64,000 nt of DNA, taken from assembly GCA_963810095.1 (NCBI GenBank), contig CAWEMM010000006.1, forward strand, positions 672,001 to 736,000, in the 5' to 3' direction. A program made the translations under genes and the position numbers. The first letter of the stretch is position 1; each line of letters begins with the position of its first letter. Shown piece after piece: positions 1-10,772 of the stretch. The DNA comes from an uncultured Chloroflexia bacterium (GTDB lineage Bacteria > Chloroflexota > Anaerolineae > CG2-30-64-16). The notes under the pieces were generated by a model. It saw nothing but the letters and a program-made list of their open reading frames with translations, did not search any database and had not been told where the DNA came from.

Positions 1-629
1 CGGGGCTGACTGTTGCGGCCCCGCTTCTGCCGGGCCACGGGACGTGCGTGGAAGACATGAACAAGGTGCGCTGGACCGACTGGGCGGAATGCGTGGAGAA
101 GGCGTACGGTGAGCTCAGGGTTCGCTGCGAGCGCGTCTTTGTTGGGGGCTTGTCGCTGGGCAGCCTGCTCACGATCAACCTGGCGGCCGCTCATCCGGAG
201 CTGGCCGGCGCCGTCCTCTACTCCCCGGCCACGTACATTCAGAACCGGCTTCTGCCGCTCACGCCCGTCGCCAGGCACTTCGTGAAGCTGCAGCCTGTGA
301 GCGCCGAAAGCGACCTCGTCGATCCCGAGGCCGATGGGCGGCTCTGGTGCTACGACCGGCGTCCGGTGGGCGCGGCGGCCGAGCTGCATGCGCTGCAGCG
401 GCGGGTGCGGCGGCTGCTCCCGTCGCTGCAGCCTCCGCTCCTGATTCTTTACTCTGCCGGAGACCGCGCCATTCATCCCTCCAGCGCCCAGCGCACTTAC
501 GACCTGGCGGGCTCCCGAGACAAGCGAATGATCAGGATCGAGGAATCCGGGCATGCGATCACGGTCGACCGCCAGTGGCGTTACGTGGCGGAACAAACAC
601 TGGCATGGGTGAAACAACATGGCGGCTGA
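1..629 (+). CDS. Alpha/beta hydrolase (Est30/YvaK-like carboxylesterase), 5' end outside window
   Basis: Nucleophile elbow GLSLG, C-terminal SGHAIT His motif; frame open from window start (..APLLPGHGT..). Confidence 0.85.
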   Translation, partial: GLTVAAPLLPGHGTCVEDMNKVRWTDWAECVEKAYGELRVRCERVFVGGLSLGSLLTINLAAAHPELAGAVLYSPATYIQNRLLPLTPVARHFVKLQPVSAESDLVDPEADGRLWCYDRRPVGAAAELHALQRRVRRLLPSLQPPLLILYSAGDRAIHPSSAQRTYDLAGSRDKRMIRIEESGHAITVDRQWRYVAEQTLAWVKQHGG

Positions 630-1584
630 AGACGCCGGCCCCGCCGGCAGCGACATTAGCGACCTTACCAGCGAGGACCTGCCCTACGACGTCCTCTGCT
701 ATGGCACGATCAGCGTCGAGAACGTGACGCGGCTCTCCAACCTCCCAACCGCACGCCGGGATGCGACCGCCATGACCGAGTATGACATCTTGGGCGGGGA
801 AGCGCTGACCGTCGGCGTGCCCCTGGCGGCGTGGGGGCTGCGAGTAGCAGTGGTCGGCAACTTCGTCGGCGCGGATCGGAAGGCGGACCTCATTCTCAAG
901 GAACTCGCCCGGCACAAGCGGCTCGACACCCGATACATCATCCAGCACCCCAACCTCGACACGCCTTTCACGCGGGTGTTCGTCGACCCGCTGGGCGAGC
1001 GCAGCCGGGTGGCCTACTGGTACGATCAAACGCCAAAAGATGAGCTGCTGCCCACGATGATGGCCCGCGCCCGCCTGCTGAGCGTGGACGCATACGGCAA
1101 GGCCGAGCGGGACCGGGCTGCGCAAGTGGCGCGCTCGCTGGGGCGCCCGGTCATCTCGGCCGATGCAATTTGGCCTTACAATCCCCTCGCCAGCCTCAGC
1201 ACCGCCGTCGTGATCTCCTCGGCGTTCCTCCAGGCGAACTACCCGGGCGTGTACGAATACGACCATGCGCTGGAGTTGCAAGCGCAGGGCGCGGGAGCGG
1301 TCATCATTACCGACGGGCCAAAAGCCGTCCTGGTCGTGCGGGCCGACGGTTCGCCGTTCGGCGTCGAGCCGTACGAGGTGCGCGGGGTGGTCGACACAAG
1401 CGGAGCGGGCGACCTGTTCAAGGCGGGGCTAATCTATGCGTGGCTGCAGGACGACTGGCCGCTGGAACAAAAGGTGAAGTTTGCCTGCGCGGCGGCGGGG
1501 CTAAACTGCGAGCGTGATCGTTTTAAGGACCCGCCACCTTCGCTGGCCGATATCTTCGCACTGATGAAGCGACAACCCCGTTGA
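619..1584 (+). CDS. PfkB/ribokinase-family carbohydrate kinase
   Basis: GGEA N-terminal motif and VVDTSGAGDLF PfkB signature. Confidence 0.85.
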   Translation: MAAEDAGPAGSDISDLTSEDLPYDVLCYGTISVENVTRLSNLPTARRDATAMTEYDILGGEALTVGVPLAAWGLRVAVVGNFVGADRKADLILKELARHKRLDTRYIIQHPNLDTPFTRVFVDPLGERSRVAYWYDQTPKDELLPTMMARARLLSVDAYGKAERDRAAQVARSLGRPVISADAIWPYNPLASLSTAVVISSAFLQANYPGVYEYDHALELQAQGAGAVIITDGPKAVLVVRADGSPFGVEPYEVRGVVDTSGAGDLFKAGLIYAWLQDDWPLEQKVKFACAAAGLNCERDRFKDPPPSLADIFALMKRQPR

Positions 1585-1634
1585 CTAGAAGAATTCCCGA
1601 CGAGCAACCGGGATTCTGCCAAGAAACAATCACG

Positions 1635-1668
1635 AGACACCGGGTTTCTTCGAAGAAACCCGGTGTCT
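1635..1668. repeat. Perfect 34-bp palindrome, REP-like family A copy 1
   Basis: AGACACCGGGTTTCTTC/GAAGAAACCCGGTGTCT, intergenic between pfkB stop and aminotransferase RBS. Confidence 0.85.
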
Positions 1669-1679
1669 TAAGGAGCGCA

Positions 1680-2525
1680 ATGTCCGCCCCCACCACCTAT
1701 GTCTCCCGCAATGGAGAGCTGGTCCCCGCCGCCGAGGCGCGCATCTCGGTCTTCAACCCCGCGATCTACGGCGCCTGGGGCGTTTACGAGTCAATGCAGG
1801 CTGCCAACGGCGTCCTGTTCGAGCCGCTGTCCCACCTGCGCCGGCTGGCCCATTCGGCGGAGATCGTACAGCTGGCGCTGCCCGCCGACCTGCGCACCAT
1901 TCGGACCTGGATCCAGGTGGTCCTCAAGGGTTACGGGCAACCTGACTGCACCGTGCGGCTGTTCGTGCTCGGCCCCGACAACGGCGGCGATCCGGTGGCC
2001 TTCATCTGGGCTCAACCCCCGAACCAGTACCCCGCCACCTATTACGAGGACGGCGCGAGCGCAGCCACTTTCCAGGCGCAGCGCTATCTGCCGGAGGCAA
2101 AATCCCTCAATGCCCTCGCCAGCTTCATGGCCCAGCGGCATGCGCGGGCTGCCGGCACCCACGAGGCCCTGCTCCATCACGCAGGGACCATCACGGAGGG
2201 TTCCAACAGTAATGTATTTGCGGTCACGGGCGGCCAAGTCGTGACGCCGCCGCACACCGAAGTCCTGTCGGGGGTCACGCGCGAGATCGTGATCCGCCTT
2301 GCGCACGAGAACGGGATTGACCTGGTGGAGGCCAGCCTCCCCGTTGCCGAGTCGGGCGCCTGGCAGGAGTGTTTTATCACCAGCACCAGCCGCCACGTCA
2401 TGCCCATTACGACCCTTGACGGCCAGCCGGTCGGTTCTGGCCGCCCCGGCCCCATCACGCAACGTCTTCACAACCTTTTCGAGGTGTATTTCGCCCGGGC
2501 AGTCGGGCAACCACTCACGGACTGA
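1680..2525 (+). CDS. Class IV PLP aminotransferase (branched-chain/D-amino-acid type)
   Basis: GVYES, AKSLN (PLP Lys), EGSNSNVF, LSGVTR, GPIT motifs; ATG at 1680 after AAGGAG. Confidence 0.88.
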   Translation: MSAPTTYVSRNGELVPAAEARISVFNPAIYGAWGVYESMQAANGVLFEPLSHLRRLAHSAEIVQLALPADLRTIRTWIQVVLKGYGQPDCTVRLFVLGPDNGGDPVAFIWAQPPNQYPATYYEDGASAATFQAQRYLPEAKSLNALASFMAQRHARAAGTHEALLHHAGTITEGSNSNVFAVTGGQVVTPPHTEVLSGVTREIVIRLAHENGIDLVEASLPVAESGAWQECFITSTSRHVMPITTLDGQPVGSGRPGPITQRLHNLFEVYFARAVGQPLTD

Positions 2526-2687
2526 ACTGCTTGAACCGGTCGCTGCGCTTACCACATGACGAGAGCAGTTCGAGTCTGTGACATCAGTTCCACCGGCGAG
2601 CTAATCGGACCGCCTTTTGTCCCCGCCGCGTCATTATGTTAGAATCATGGCGACGGGTGAGACGAACTCGCCCTGCTTTTCCCCGGA

Positions 2688-4310
2688 GTGAAGATGGAAT
2701 TACGCGAATACGTTGGCCTGCTGCGTAAGTGGTTGTGGCTTATTGTTCTGTGTACGGTCGCCGCGGCCGCAACCGCCTACGTGGTCAGCAAAAACACCAC
2801 GCCTGTTTACGAAGCTTCGTCGACTTTACGCGTCAACCAGGCATCCAGCCCGACCACCTCGACCGCTTATGCGGATGTGCTGACGAGCGAACGGCTCGCC
2901 CGCACCTACGCCAGCCTCCTCACCAGCCGCCCCGTGCTTGAGGAGACAGCCCAGCGCCTGGGGATTGATGTCAAGAGCCTCGAGGAGACCATCACCGTGA
3001 CGCCGGTTCGCGACACGCTGCTCCTCCAGATCAAGGTCGAAGGCCCCAACCCGCGCCTCATCGCCGAAGTGGCCAACGTGCTGCCCCAGGTGTTTATCGA
3101 CCGGGATCGCCAGCAGCAGCTGGGCCAGGTCACGCAGTACCGGGACACGCTGCAGCGCGAGATCGACGCCACCCTTGCGGATCTGAGCCGGTCCACCGAC
3201 GAGTTGGCGAAAGCCACCGACGATGCCCAGAAGAGCCGCCTCGAGGCCAGCGTGGCTCAATACCGCACTACCTACTCCACGCTGTTGGCCAACGCCCAGC
3301 AGGCGAAGCTGGCCGAAGCCCAGTCGACCAACAACCTGGTCGTCGCCGAGCCCTCCGCGCTGCCCGAAAAACCAGTGCGGCCCCGCACGCTGACGAACAC
3401 GATGCTGGCCGCCATCATTGGCGCCATGCTGGCCGTCGGTGCGGCCTTCCTGATCGAGTACCTGGACGACACGGTTAAGACCGCGGACGACGTCGAGCGG
3501 GTCACGGGCCTGTCCACCCTCGGCGCCATCGCCCGCCTCAAGGAGGCCGGCGGCAGCCGCCAGTTGATCGCCTGGCTGAAGACCAAGGCGCCGGAATCCG
3601 AAGCGTATCGCACGCTGCGCACGAACATCCAGTTTTCAAGCGTCGACAAGCCGGTGAAAACGCTGCTCGTCACCTCCTCGAGCCCAGGCGAAGGCAAGAG
3701 CACGACCACCGCCAACCTGGCGGTCGTGCTGGCCCAAACCGGGCAGAAGGTGATCGTCGTCGATACCGACCTGCGGCGCCCGGTGCTCCACAAGGTATTC
3801 GAAGTTCCGAACAACACCGGCTTGACTGCGGCCCTGCTGGCGAACGACCCGTCGCACGTCTCTGCGCACATGCAGTTGACCGAGATCGACAATCTCACCG
3901 TCCTGACCAGCGGCCCCATCCCGCCCAACCCGTCCGAGTTGCTGGGCTCGCACCGCATGACCGAACTGGTGCAGGTGCTGTCGACCCAGGCCGACATCGT
4001 CATCTTTGACAGCCCGCCGGTGCTGGCCGTGACCGATGCGGCCGTGCTGGCGCGCCAGGTCGACGGTGTGCTGCTGGTGGCCGACGCCGGCCGTACCAAG
4101 GAGCACGCGCTGGCTGCGGCCACGGCCGAGCTGCAGAAGACCGGTGGCAACGTGCTCGGCGTCGCGCTCAACCGCCTCGACGCGCGGCGCGGCTACAACT
4201 ACTACTATTATTACTACTACTCGGATGAGGAAGGCGGGGCAAAGAAGAGGTCGGGCGCGGGCAAAAACGAAGGGCCGCGACTGCGGCTGCCGTGGCAGAA
4301 GCCGGCGTAA
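2688..4310 (+). CDS. Polysaccharide co-polymerase / BY tyrosine autokinase (Wzc-like CpsC-CpsD fusion)
   Basis: N-terminal Wzz-type TM region, EAYRTLRTN, Walker A PGEGKST, DTDLRRP, DSPP, C-terminal Tyr cluster YNYYYYYYY. Confidence 0.93.
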   Translation: MKMELREYVGLLRKWLWLIVLCTVAAAATAYVVSKNTTPVYEASSTLRVNQASSPTTSTAYADVLTSERLARTYASLLTSRPVLEETAQRLGIDVKSLEETITVTPVRDTLLLQIKVEGPNPRLIAEVANVLPQVFIDRDRQQQLGQVTQYRDTLQREIDATLADLSRSTDELAKATDDAQKSRLEASVAQYRTTYSTLLANAQQAKLAEAQSTNNLVVAEPSALPEKPVRPRTLTNTMLAAIIGAMLAVGAAFLIEYLDDTVKTADDVERVTGLSTLGAIARLKEAGGSRQLIAWLKTKAPESEAYRTLRTNIQFSSVDKPVKTLLVTSSSPGEGKSTTTANLAVVLAQTGQKVIVVDTDLRRPVLHKVFEVPNNTGLTAALLANDPSHVSAHMQLTEIDNLTVLTSGPIPPNPSELLGSHRMTELVQVLSTQADIVIFDSPPVLAVTDAAVLARQVDGVLLVADAGRTKEHALAAATAELQKTGGNVLGVALNRLDARRGYNYYYYYYYSDEEGGAKKRSGAGKNEGPRLRLPWQKPA

Positions 4311-4341
4311 CGCGCCGGGACGTCGCAATACCGGTCAAAAA

Positions 4342-4393
4342 AAGACACCAGGTTTCAACCGCCGGCTTCGCTGACGCAGAAACCTGGTGTCTT
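4342..4393. repeat. Inverted repeat, REP-like family A copy 2 (between convergent genes, possible terminator)
   Basis: AAGACACCAGGTTTC ... GAAACCTGGTGTCTT, 15-bp perfect arms. Confidence 0.8.
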
Positions 4394-4398
4394 AACTT

Positions 4399-5883
4399 TT
4401 AGGCCGCCGCCCAGACGACTTCCGGCGAGCGGTAGTACCCAATCCCCAGCCTGTCAAACCGTGCCGCGTGCGAGGCGAGTCGTAGCCGGTACTCCTCCCA
4501 GCCGCGCCCCTGCGCAGGCGACCAGCCGATCTCGTTGATGCCCGGCAGCCGCGGGAAGGCCATGTAACTGATGTCCGCCAGTGTGCAGAGCGTCTCGGTC
4601 CACAACGGCGCCTCGACGCCCAGGATTTGTGCCTCGGAAAGCCCGGCGACGAGGGTCGAGGGATCCCAATCATAGGCCGTCTCCACCTCGACAAACCCCG
4701 CCCAATTCAACCCAAGCGGGGTCGTCGAGGCGTACTTCATGTCCAGGTAGGTCTTCGACGCGGGCGACATCACGATTGAGGCGCCCTGCGCCGCGGCCCG
4801 GCGTGCCAGCTCGATGCCGTTGCGGTGCGTCGTCCAGAACTGGACGATGGTGCCAGGCCGCAGGCACGCCTTTCCGATCTCCTGCCAGGCCACCGCGACC
4901 TTGCCGTAGTGCTGCACGATATCCTGCACGCGCTCCATGAATGGGATGTACTCGGCGTCGTTCGTCTTGAACGCTTCGTCGCCGCCGATGTGGATGTAGG
5001 GCCCGGGCGTCAGGATGGCGAGCTCACGGATGACGTCGTCCACAAACTGGTAGGTCAGTTCGCTGCGAGTGTTGAGGCTGCTGATGCCCACGTCGGTGCC
5101 GGTGTATAGCGACGGCATGATGCCCTCGCGGCTCAGCTCCGGGTATGCGGCCAGCGCGGCCATGGTGTGGCCTGGCATGTCGATCTCGGGCACTAATGTG
5201 ATGTACCGGCTCTGCGCGTAGCGCGCGATCTCCGCGTATTCCTCCTGCGTGTAGAACCCCCCAGGCCCGCCGCCCACCTGCGTGCTGCCTCCAATCTCCG
5301 CCAGCTTGGGCCAGGTCTTGATCTCGATGCGCCAGCCCTGGTCTTCGCTGAGATGGAGGTGGAACCGGTTCACCTTGTAGTATGCCAGGTGGTCGATGTA
5401 GCGCTTGACGTCGCTCACCGAGAAGAAGTGGCGGCCCACGTCGAGCATTGCCCCACGCCAGGAAAACCGGGGTTGGTCGCGCACCTGCACGACGGGCACG
5501 GACCAGGGTCCCGGCTGAACGGAGGGGGATTCCACGCAGGCAGGGAGCAACTGGCGAAGGGTCTGAATGCTCCAGAAGAGCCCGGCCGGGCCGTACGCCG
5601 AGAGGGTCAGCCCCTCGGGCCCGCATCGCAGCGTGTAGCCTTCGTCGCCCAGACTCGCGTCTGCGTCGACCAGGGTCAGATAGATATGCCCTAGCGAGGG
5701 CGGTCCGGCGACCGGCTCGACCGGGAACGCGTACCCCGTCGCCGGGCGAAGCCGCTCGGCGAGATAATGCCCGATGTTGAGCACTTCGAGCGTGGCCGGA
5801 GCCACATAAATGCGGGTTTCTTCAGACAGGATGAAGCGCCCGTCGCCGGGAAGCAACGATGTGGGTTTCGGGATGATGTCCAT
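4399..5883 (-). CDS. Beta-N-acetylhexosaminidase (GH20)
   Basis: DQPRFSWRGAMLDVGRHF, HLSEDQGWR, EIDMPGH, catalytic HIGGDE, EAPLWTE. Confidence 0.95.
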   Translation of the reverse strand: MDIIPKPTSLLPGDGRFILSEETRIYVAPATLEVLNIGHYLAERLRPATGYAFPVEPVAGPPSLGHIYLTLVDADASLGDEGYTLRCGPEGLTLSAYGPAGLFWSIQTLRQLLPACVESPSVQPGPWSVPVVQVRDQPRFSWRGAMLDVGRHFFSVSDVKRYIDHLAYYKVNRFHLHLSEDQGWRIEIKTWPKLAEIGGSTQVGGGPGGFYTQEEYAEIARYAQSRYITLVPEIDMPGHTMAALAAYPELSREGIMPSLYTGTDVGISSLNTRSELTYQFVDDVIRELAILTPGPYIHIGGDEAFKTNDAEYIPFMERVQDIVQHYGKVAVAWQEIGKACLRPGTIVQFWTTHRNGIELARRAAAQGASIVMSPASKTYLDMKYASTTPLGLNWAGFVEVETAYDWDPSTLVAGLSEAQILGVEAPLWTETLCTLADISYMAFPRLPGINEIGWSPAQGRGWEEYRLRLASHAARFDRLGIGYYRSPEVVWAAA

Positions 5884-5943
5884 GGGGGGCGCGGAAGCCT
5901 TTCAATCAAGAAGGAGGATAAGAACCGCCTAGTCTTACGCCTG

Positions 5944-5990
5944 ATTATAAGCGCGGTACAAACTTATTGCCAAACTTGGCAATTACAAGT
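5944..5990 (-). promoter_or_regulatory. Sigma70-type promoter of GH20 gene with palindromic operator over the -35
   Basis: Minus strand TTGGCA-18 bp-TATAAT; palindrome ATTGCCAA-AC-TTGGCAAT at 5966-5983. Confidence 0.55.
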
Positions 5991-6044
5991 AAGACATTTG
6001 TTGTAGTGACGCCGTGGCAAGGACAGAGGTTCCAGACGGCAAAA

Positions 6045-6095
6045 AGAAACCAGGTCTCTCTCGCCAGCGGCGCTGGCGCAAGAGACCTGGTTTCT
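6045..6095. repeat. Inverted repeat, REP-like family A copy 3 (likely terminator of acd operon)
   Basis: AGAAACCAGGTCTCT ... AGAGACCTGGTTTCT with inner CGCCAGCG/CGCTGGCG stem. Confidence 0.8.
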
Positions 6096-6151
6096 CGACT
6101 TTATGAACGCTTCGCAGTCGTTATGCCTGCGTGTCTTTGTGGCTCGCCGGC

Positions 6152-7219
6152 CTACCGCTGTAGGTTGAGGGCCTTGTAGAGCCCTGCGAAGTCGAAGTGC
6201 TCGCCGAGCAGTTCGCCGAAGCGCTCGACCTTCTGCGGCTGCTGGAAGCGGCTCTTGCCGAAGAAGTTTTCGATGATCTCGATCGTGGCCAGGGTATCCA
6301 GGCGTGTCAGCAGCACCGGCACGCACAGTTCCTCGGCCCGGTTGATCACGGCGGGGCTGGGGTAGATGTTGCCCGTCAGGATCAGGCAGCGGGTGGAGGT
6401 TTCGAGCGCGGCCAACTGGATGTCGGCCCGGTCGCCGCCCGTGATGACTGCCTTATTCGGCTTGCGCCGGAAGTAGCTCAGCGCGCTCTCGACGCTCATC
6501 GCGCCGACCAGCATGTGCTCGACCAACTCGTCGGCGCACTCCACCGAGCACAGCATCTCGGCATGCAAGCCGTCGGCCAATTCCTTCACGCTCGGCGCGG
6601 AGAGCATGCCTTCCTTGCGGAGGACGCCGAACGTGCGAATGCCGCGCCGGGTGAAGAACGGGACGACGACGTCAAGCACGAACTCCAGCTGGCTCTTGGG
6701 CACCTCGTTGATCACGACCCCTGCCATATTGGCGGCGAAGTAATTCTGCGCGGTCATGGCCCGGTCATACATCATGGTGTCATCGTACTTGATCACGGCG
6801 ACGACCTGCGCGTCGCACATCTCGACCACCTTCTTCGGTGGGAGCCCGGCAACATACCCCTCCCGATAGCTGCGGCCACCTTCCATGATGACGACGTCGC
6901 GGCCTTCGGACATCTTGGCGCAGGCTTCGGTCAGCTTGGACGTGTAGTCTGTTTCCGGCCCCCGGAGCTGCTGCTCCAGCTTGGCCGGCGTGAGCGCCAC
7001 GGGCGAAATCAGCTCCACCGGCTCGGACATGCCGTAGACCTGCTTGGCGAAGAACACATCTTCGTCATACGGCACGCCGTCGCGCAGCGGGACGTTGACA
7101 TTGACGGGCTTCATGTACCCGACCTTGAAACCGTCCTTGCGGAACCGCATGCCCAGCCCAACGCACAAGGCCGACTTGCCGGAGAAGGTCTCGGCAGAGG
7201 TGATGTAGAGGGTCTTCAT
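6152..7219 (-). CDS. Phosphotransacetylase-family protein (BioD-like P-loop + DRTGG domain, no catalytic Pta domain)
   Basis: SAETFSGKS P-loop, GYMKP, VITGGDRADIQLAALE DRTGG motif. Confidence 0.9.
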   Translation of the reverse strand: MKTLYITSAETFSGKSALCVGLGMRFRKDGFKVGYMKPVNVNVPLRDGVPYDEDVFFAKQVYGMSEPVELISPVALTPAKLEQQLRGPETDYTSKLTEACAKMSEGRDVVIMEGGRSYREGYVAGLPPKKVVEMCDAQVVAVIKYDDTMMYDRAMTAQNYFAANMAGVVINEVPKSQLEFVLDVVVPFFTRRGIRTFGVLRKEGMLSAPSVKELADGLHAEMLCSVECADELVEHMLVGAMSVESALSYFRRKPNKAVITGGDRADIQLAALETSTRCLILTGNIYPSPAVINRAEELCVPVLLTRLDTLATIEIIENFFGKSRFQQPQKVERFGELLGEHFDFAGLYKALNLQR

Positions 7220-7243
7220 ATCTTCAGCGCTCCTGTAATTAGA

Positions 7244-9333
7244 CTACTTCAACGCGAGCCGCATGTCAATGCCCAAAACGCCGCGGCCCTGCTCGAACAC
7301 CATCAAGGGGTTAACGTCGAGCTCGACGATTTCGGGGAAGTCGGTCACCAGTTGGGAGATGCGCAAGAGGGTGTCCACGATGGCCGCCCGGTCGGAGGGC
7401 TTCTCGCCGCGCACGCCCTTCAGCAGCTTGTACGCCCGGATCTCGTCCAGCATTTCGGTTGCCTGCCGGCGATCGATGGGGGCGATGCGGAAGGTCACGT
7501 CCTTCAGCACTTCGACGTAGATGCCGCCCAGGCCGAACATGATCAGGGGTCCGAACTGCGGGTCGCGGTTCACGCCGATGATGATCTCGCGGCCGCCCTT
7601 GACCATCTGCTGGAGCTGGCAGCCCCAGATCGTGGCGTCGGGCATGAAGCGCTTTGCGCGATAAATGAGCAGGTCGAATGCATCGCGCACTTCGCTGGCC
7701 GAAGTGATGTTCAGCTTGATGCCGCCGATGTCCGACTTGTGCAAGATGTCGGGCGAGGCGATCTTCATCACGATGGGGTAGCCGATTTCTTCCGCCATCC
7801 GCACCGCGTCGTCGGGCGTTTCGGCGATGCCCGACTTCGGAAGGGGCACACCGTAGGCTTCCAGCACCTCGCGCGCCTCGGTGTCGCCCATGGTCACCCG
7901 GCCCTCGCTGCGCGTGCGTGCGAGCAACTCGGCGACCTTCGCCCGGTTCACATTGAACGTCTCGACGTTCAGTGTTGGCGTGTTCAGCCAGTTGCGGTAG
8001 TCCCGCATGGCCGCGATCGCCTTTACGGCGCGCTCGGGCACCTGGTAATTCGGCACGCTGTGCGAGCGCATCATTTCCACGCCGGGTGCGATGGCCGCGT
8101 CGCCCATGAACGCACCGAAAACCGGCTTGCCAAACTTTTTCGAAATCGTGCCCAACGTGTCGGCGGTCTCGGGGATCTGGGTCATCGTCTGCGGGGTGAG
8201 CACGACCATCAACGCGTCCACGTTCGGGTCGGCCAGTACGGTTTCGATCGCCATCGCATAACGGTCCGCGTACGCGTCGCCCAGCACGTCAACCGGGTTC
8301 GCCACGCTGGCCGCGGGGGCAGCTTCGCCTGCAGCGCCTGCTTCGTCTCGTTGGTCAGGGGCGCCAGCTTCAGCCCGGCGTGCTCGATCGCATCGGAAGC
8401 CATAATGCCCGGGCCGCCCGCGTTCGTGATCACGCCGATGTTCTCGCCGTTAAGCAGCGGTTGGCGGGCGAAGGCCTGGGCGATATCGAAGAGGTCTTGC
8501 ACCGAGCCGGCCCGGATAATGCCCGACTGCTTGAACGCGGCATCGTATGCGGCTTCAGAACCCGCTAGCGTGCCGGTATGTGAGGAAACAGCCTTCGAGC
8601 CCGCGCTCGTCGTGCCCGACTTGATGGCGATGATCGGCTTATGCCGTGTCACCTCAGAGGCGGTGCGAATGAACTCGGGGCCATTCGTGATGCCTTCGAG
8701 ATACGCCATGATGGCGCGTGTCTCGGGGTCTTCGGCCCACGCCGTCACCAGGTCGAGCTCGTTGATGTCGGCCTTGTTGCCGATGCTGTAGAAGCGGGAG
8801 AAGCCGATGCCTTGCCCCATCGCCATGTCGAGGATGGAGGTGCAGAGCGCGCCCGACTGCGACATGAAGGCGATGCGACCGCGCCGCGGCATGCCCGCCG
8901 CGAACGAAGCGTTCAGCTTGCAGACCGTGTCGATGATGCCGAGCACGTTCGGGCCGATCAGCCGCATCCCGTACTTCTTGGCAGTCTCGATGACCTGGTT
9001 CTCGAGCGCCTTCCCCGTGGGGCCAACCTCACGGAAACCGGCCGTGATGATCACGGCGCCCTTCAACCCGCGCTGCCCGCACTGTTCGATCACGCCGGGC
9101 ACGGCCTTGTTAGGCACAAGGAGCACGGCCAGGTCGACCGGGTCGGGGCAGTCGAGGACCGACGGGTAAGCCTTCCTACCCAGGATCTCTGGCGCGGTGG
9201 GGTTGACCGGGTAGATCCCCCCCTCGTAGCCGTACTGAATCACATTGTTCAGGACTTGGTACCCCAGCTTGGCAGGGTCCGTGGACGCGCCGACCACGGC
9301 GACGCCCCGAGGTTCGGTGAACATTTCGAGCAT
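7244..9333 (-). CDS. acdAB: ADP-forming acetate/acyl-CoA ligase, fused alpha-beta subunits (one frameshift near 8310)
   Basis: VAVVGAS, GPNVLG, SQSGAL, SHTGTLAG (phospho-His), NPVD, ATP-grasp HKSDIGG and DPQFGP; two ORFs join. Confidence 0.9.
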
Positions 9334-9629
9334 GTGCGACTTCCCTTCGAAGGGTTGCGATCGTTGTCGGGCGGCGGGGGGCTGCCCGACAAACGCCATC
9401 GCCCGGTTTAACACGCGTGCGACGGCCTGCACCGCCTTGCTGCGCAAGGAGTGCAGGCCACTCGTGCATTATCTCCCGATTTCAGTACAGGGTAAATGAT
9501 GCAGATCATCTTTCGATTGCTTTCGTTTCGAAACTTTTCCGCACCTGACGGTCCGGGCGGCGGGCCGAGCCGGCAGGCCGCTTGCTTCATCGCCGCAATC
9601 TGCGTACAATTGTTTTCTATGGAGCGACT

Positions 9630-10772
9630 ATGATTTACCTGGACCATTCTGCGACGACGCCGGTCGACCCGCGGGTCGTCGAGGCAATGGCGCCGTACTG
9701 GACCGAATCCTACGGGAACCCGTCGAGCCTGTATGGGCTCGGGCGTCGTGCGGCGGCGGCACTGGAAGACGCCCGGCGGGCCGTGGCCCGTGTGCTGAAC
9801 TGCCAGCCCGCGGAGATCGTGTTTACCTCGTGCGGCACCGAGAGCGACAACCTGGCCATTCGCGGCGTCGGGCTGGCGGCTGCGGCGAAGGGCCGGCGCC
9901 ATCTTATCACCACGCCCATCGAGCATCATGCGGTTTCGCATACAGTAGCCGATCTGGTCGAGCATTTTGATTTCGAGGCGACAACCCTGCCCGTGGACCG
10001 CACCGGGCTCGTCGACCCCGCGGCGCTCGAGGCTGCTATCCGCCCCGACACGGCCCTCATCAGCGTGATGCTGGCAAACAACGAGGTTGGCACCGTGGAA
10101 CCCGTTGCCGAACTGGGCGCCATTGCGCGCCGACACGGCATCCCCTTCCACACAGACGCCGTGCAGGCCGCAGCAAGCCTACCGCTCGACGTCGAGGCCC
10201 TGAACGTCGACCTCCTGGCGCTGTCTGCGCACAAGTTTCACGGGCCAAAGGGCGTCGGCCTACTCTATGTGCGTAAGGGCACGCGGCTGGGCCCGGTGCA
10301 GACCGGCGGCAGCCAGGAGCGCGGCCGGCGGGCAGGCACCGAGAACGTCCCCTACATTGTGGGCATGGCGCGCGCGCTGGAATTAGCGGACGAAGACCGG
10401 CCGGCGAAGTCGGCCCGGCTGCTCGGATTGCGCGAGCGGCTGCGCGCGGGCATGCTGGAGCGCATCCCCGATATCGATCTGACCGGCCATCCGCAGCGCC
10501 GTCTCCCCGGTCACCTCAGCTTCATCGTCAAGGGCGTCGAAGCGCAGGCGCTTCTGATCGCCCTCGACCTTGCGGGGATTGCCGCCTCTTCCGGTTCGGC
10601 CTGTGCGGTCGGCTCGCCCGAGCCCAGCGGCGTGCTGCGCGCGATGGGCTACGCTCCGGACGAGGCGCTCGGCGCGCTCCGCCTGACTTTGGGCCGCATG
10701 AACACGGACGCGGACGTGGACACGGTCCTGCAGAAGCTGCCCGATATTGTCGAGCGGGTGCGTAATGCCTGA
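9630..10772 (+). CDS. iscS: Cysteine desulfurase (IscS/NifS)
   Basis: [32 protein letters not shown]. Confidence 0.95.
   Translation: MIYLDHSATTPVDPRVVEAMAPYWTESYGNPSSLYGLGRRAAAALEDARRAVARVLNCQPAEIVFTSCGTESDNLAIRGVGLAAAAKGRRHLITTPIEHHAVSHTVADLVEHFDFEATTLPVDRTGLVDPAALEAAIRPDTALISVMLANNEVGTVEPVAELGAIARRHGIPFHTDAVQAAASLPLDVEALNVDLLALSAHKFHGPKGVGLLYVRKGTRLGPVQTGGSQERGRRAGTENVPYIVGMARALELADEDRPAKSARLLGLRERLRAGMLERIPDIDLTGHPQRRLPGHLSFIVKGVEAQALLIALDLAGIAASSGSACAVGSPEPSGVLRAMGYAPDEALGALRLTLGRMNTDADVDTVLQKLPDIVERVRNA

Noticed and set aside
4194-4220. (TAC/TAT)n microsatellite as a phase-variation tract
   Set aside because: Encodes the functional Tyr cluster of the BY-kinase; trinucleotide and mixed codons
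6197-8791. 864-aa plus-strand ORF and many other long antisense ORFs (e.g. 28373-29839, 34603-35967)
   Set aside because: Shadows of real opposite-strand genes in high-GC DNA; no recognisable motifs
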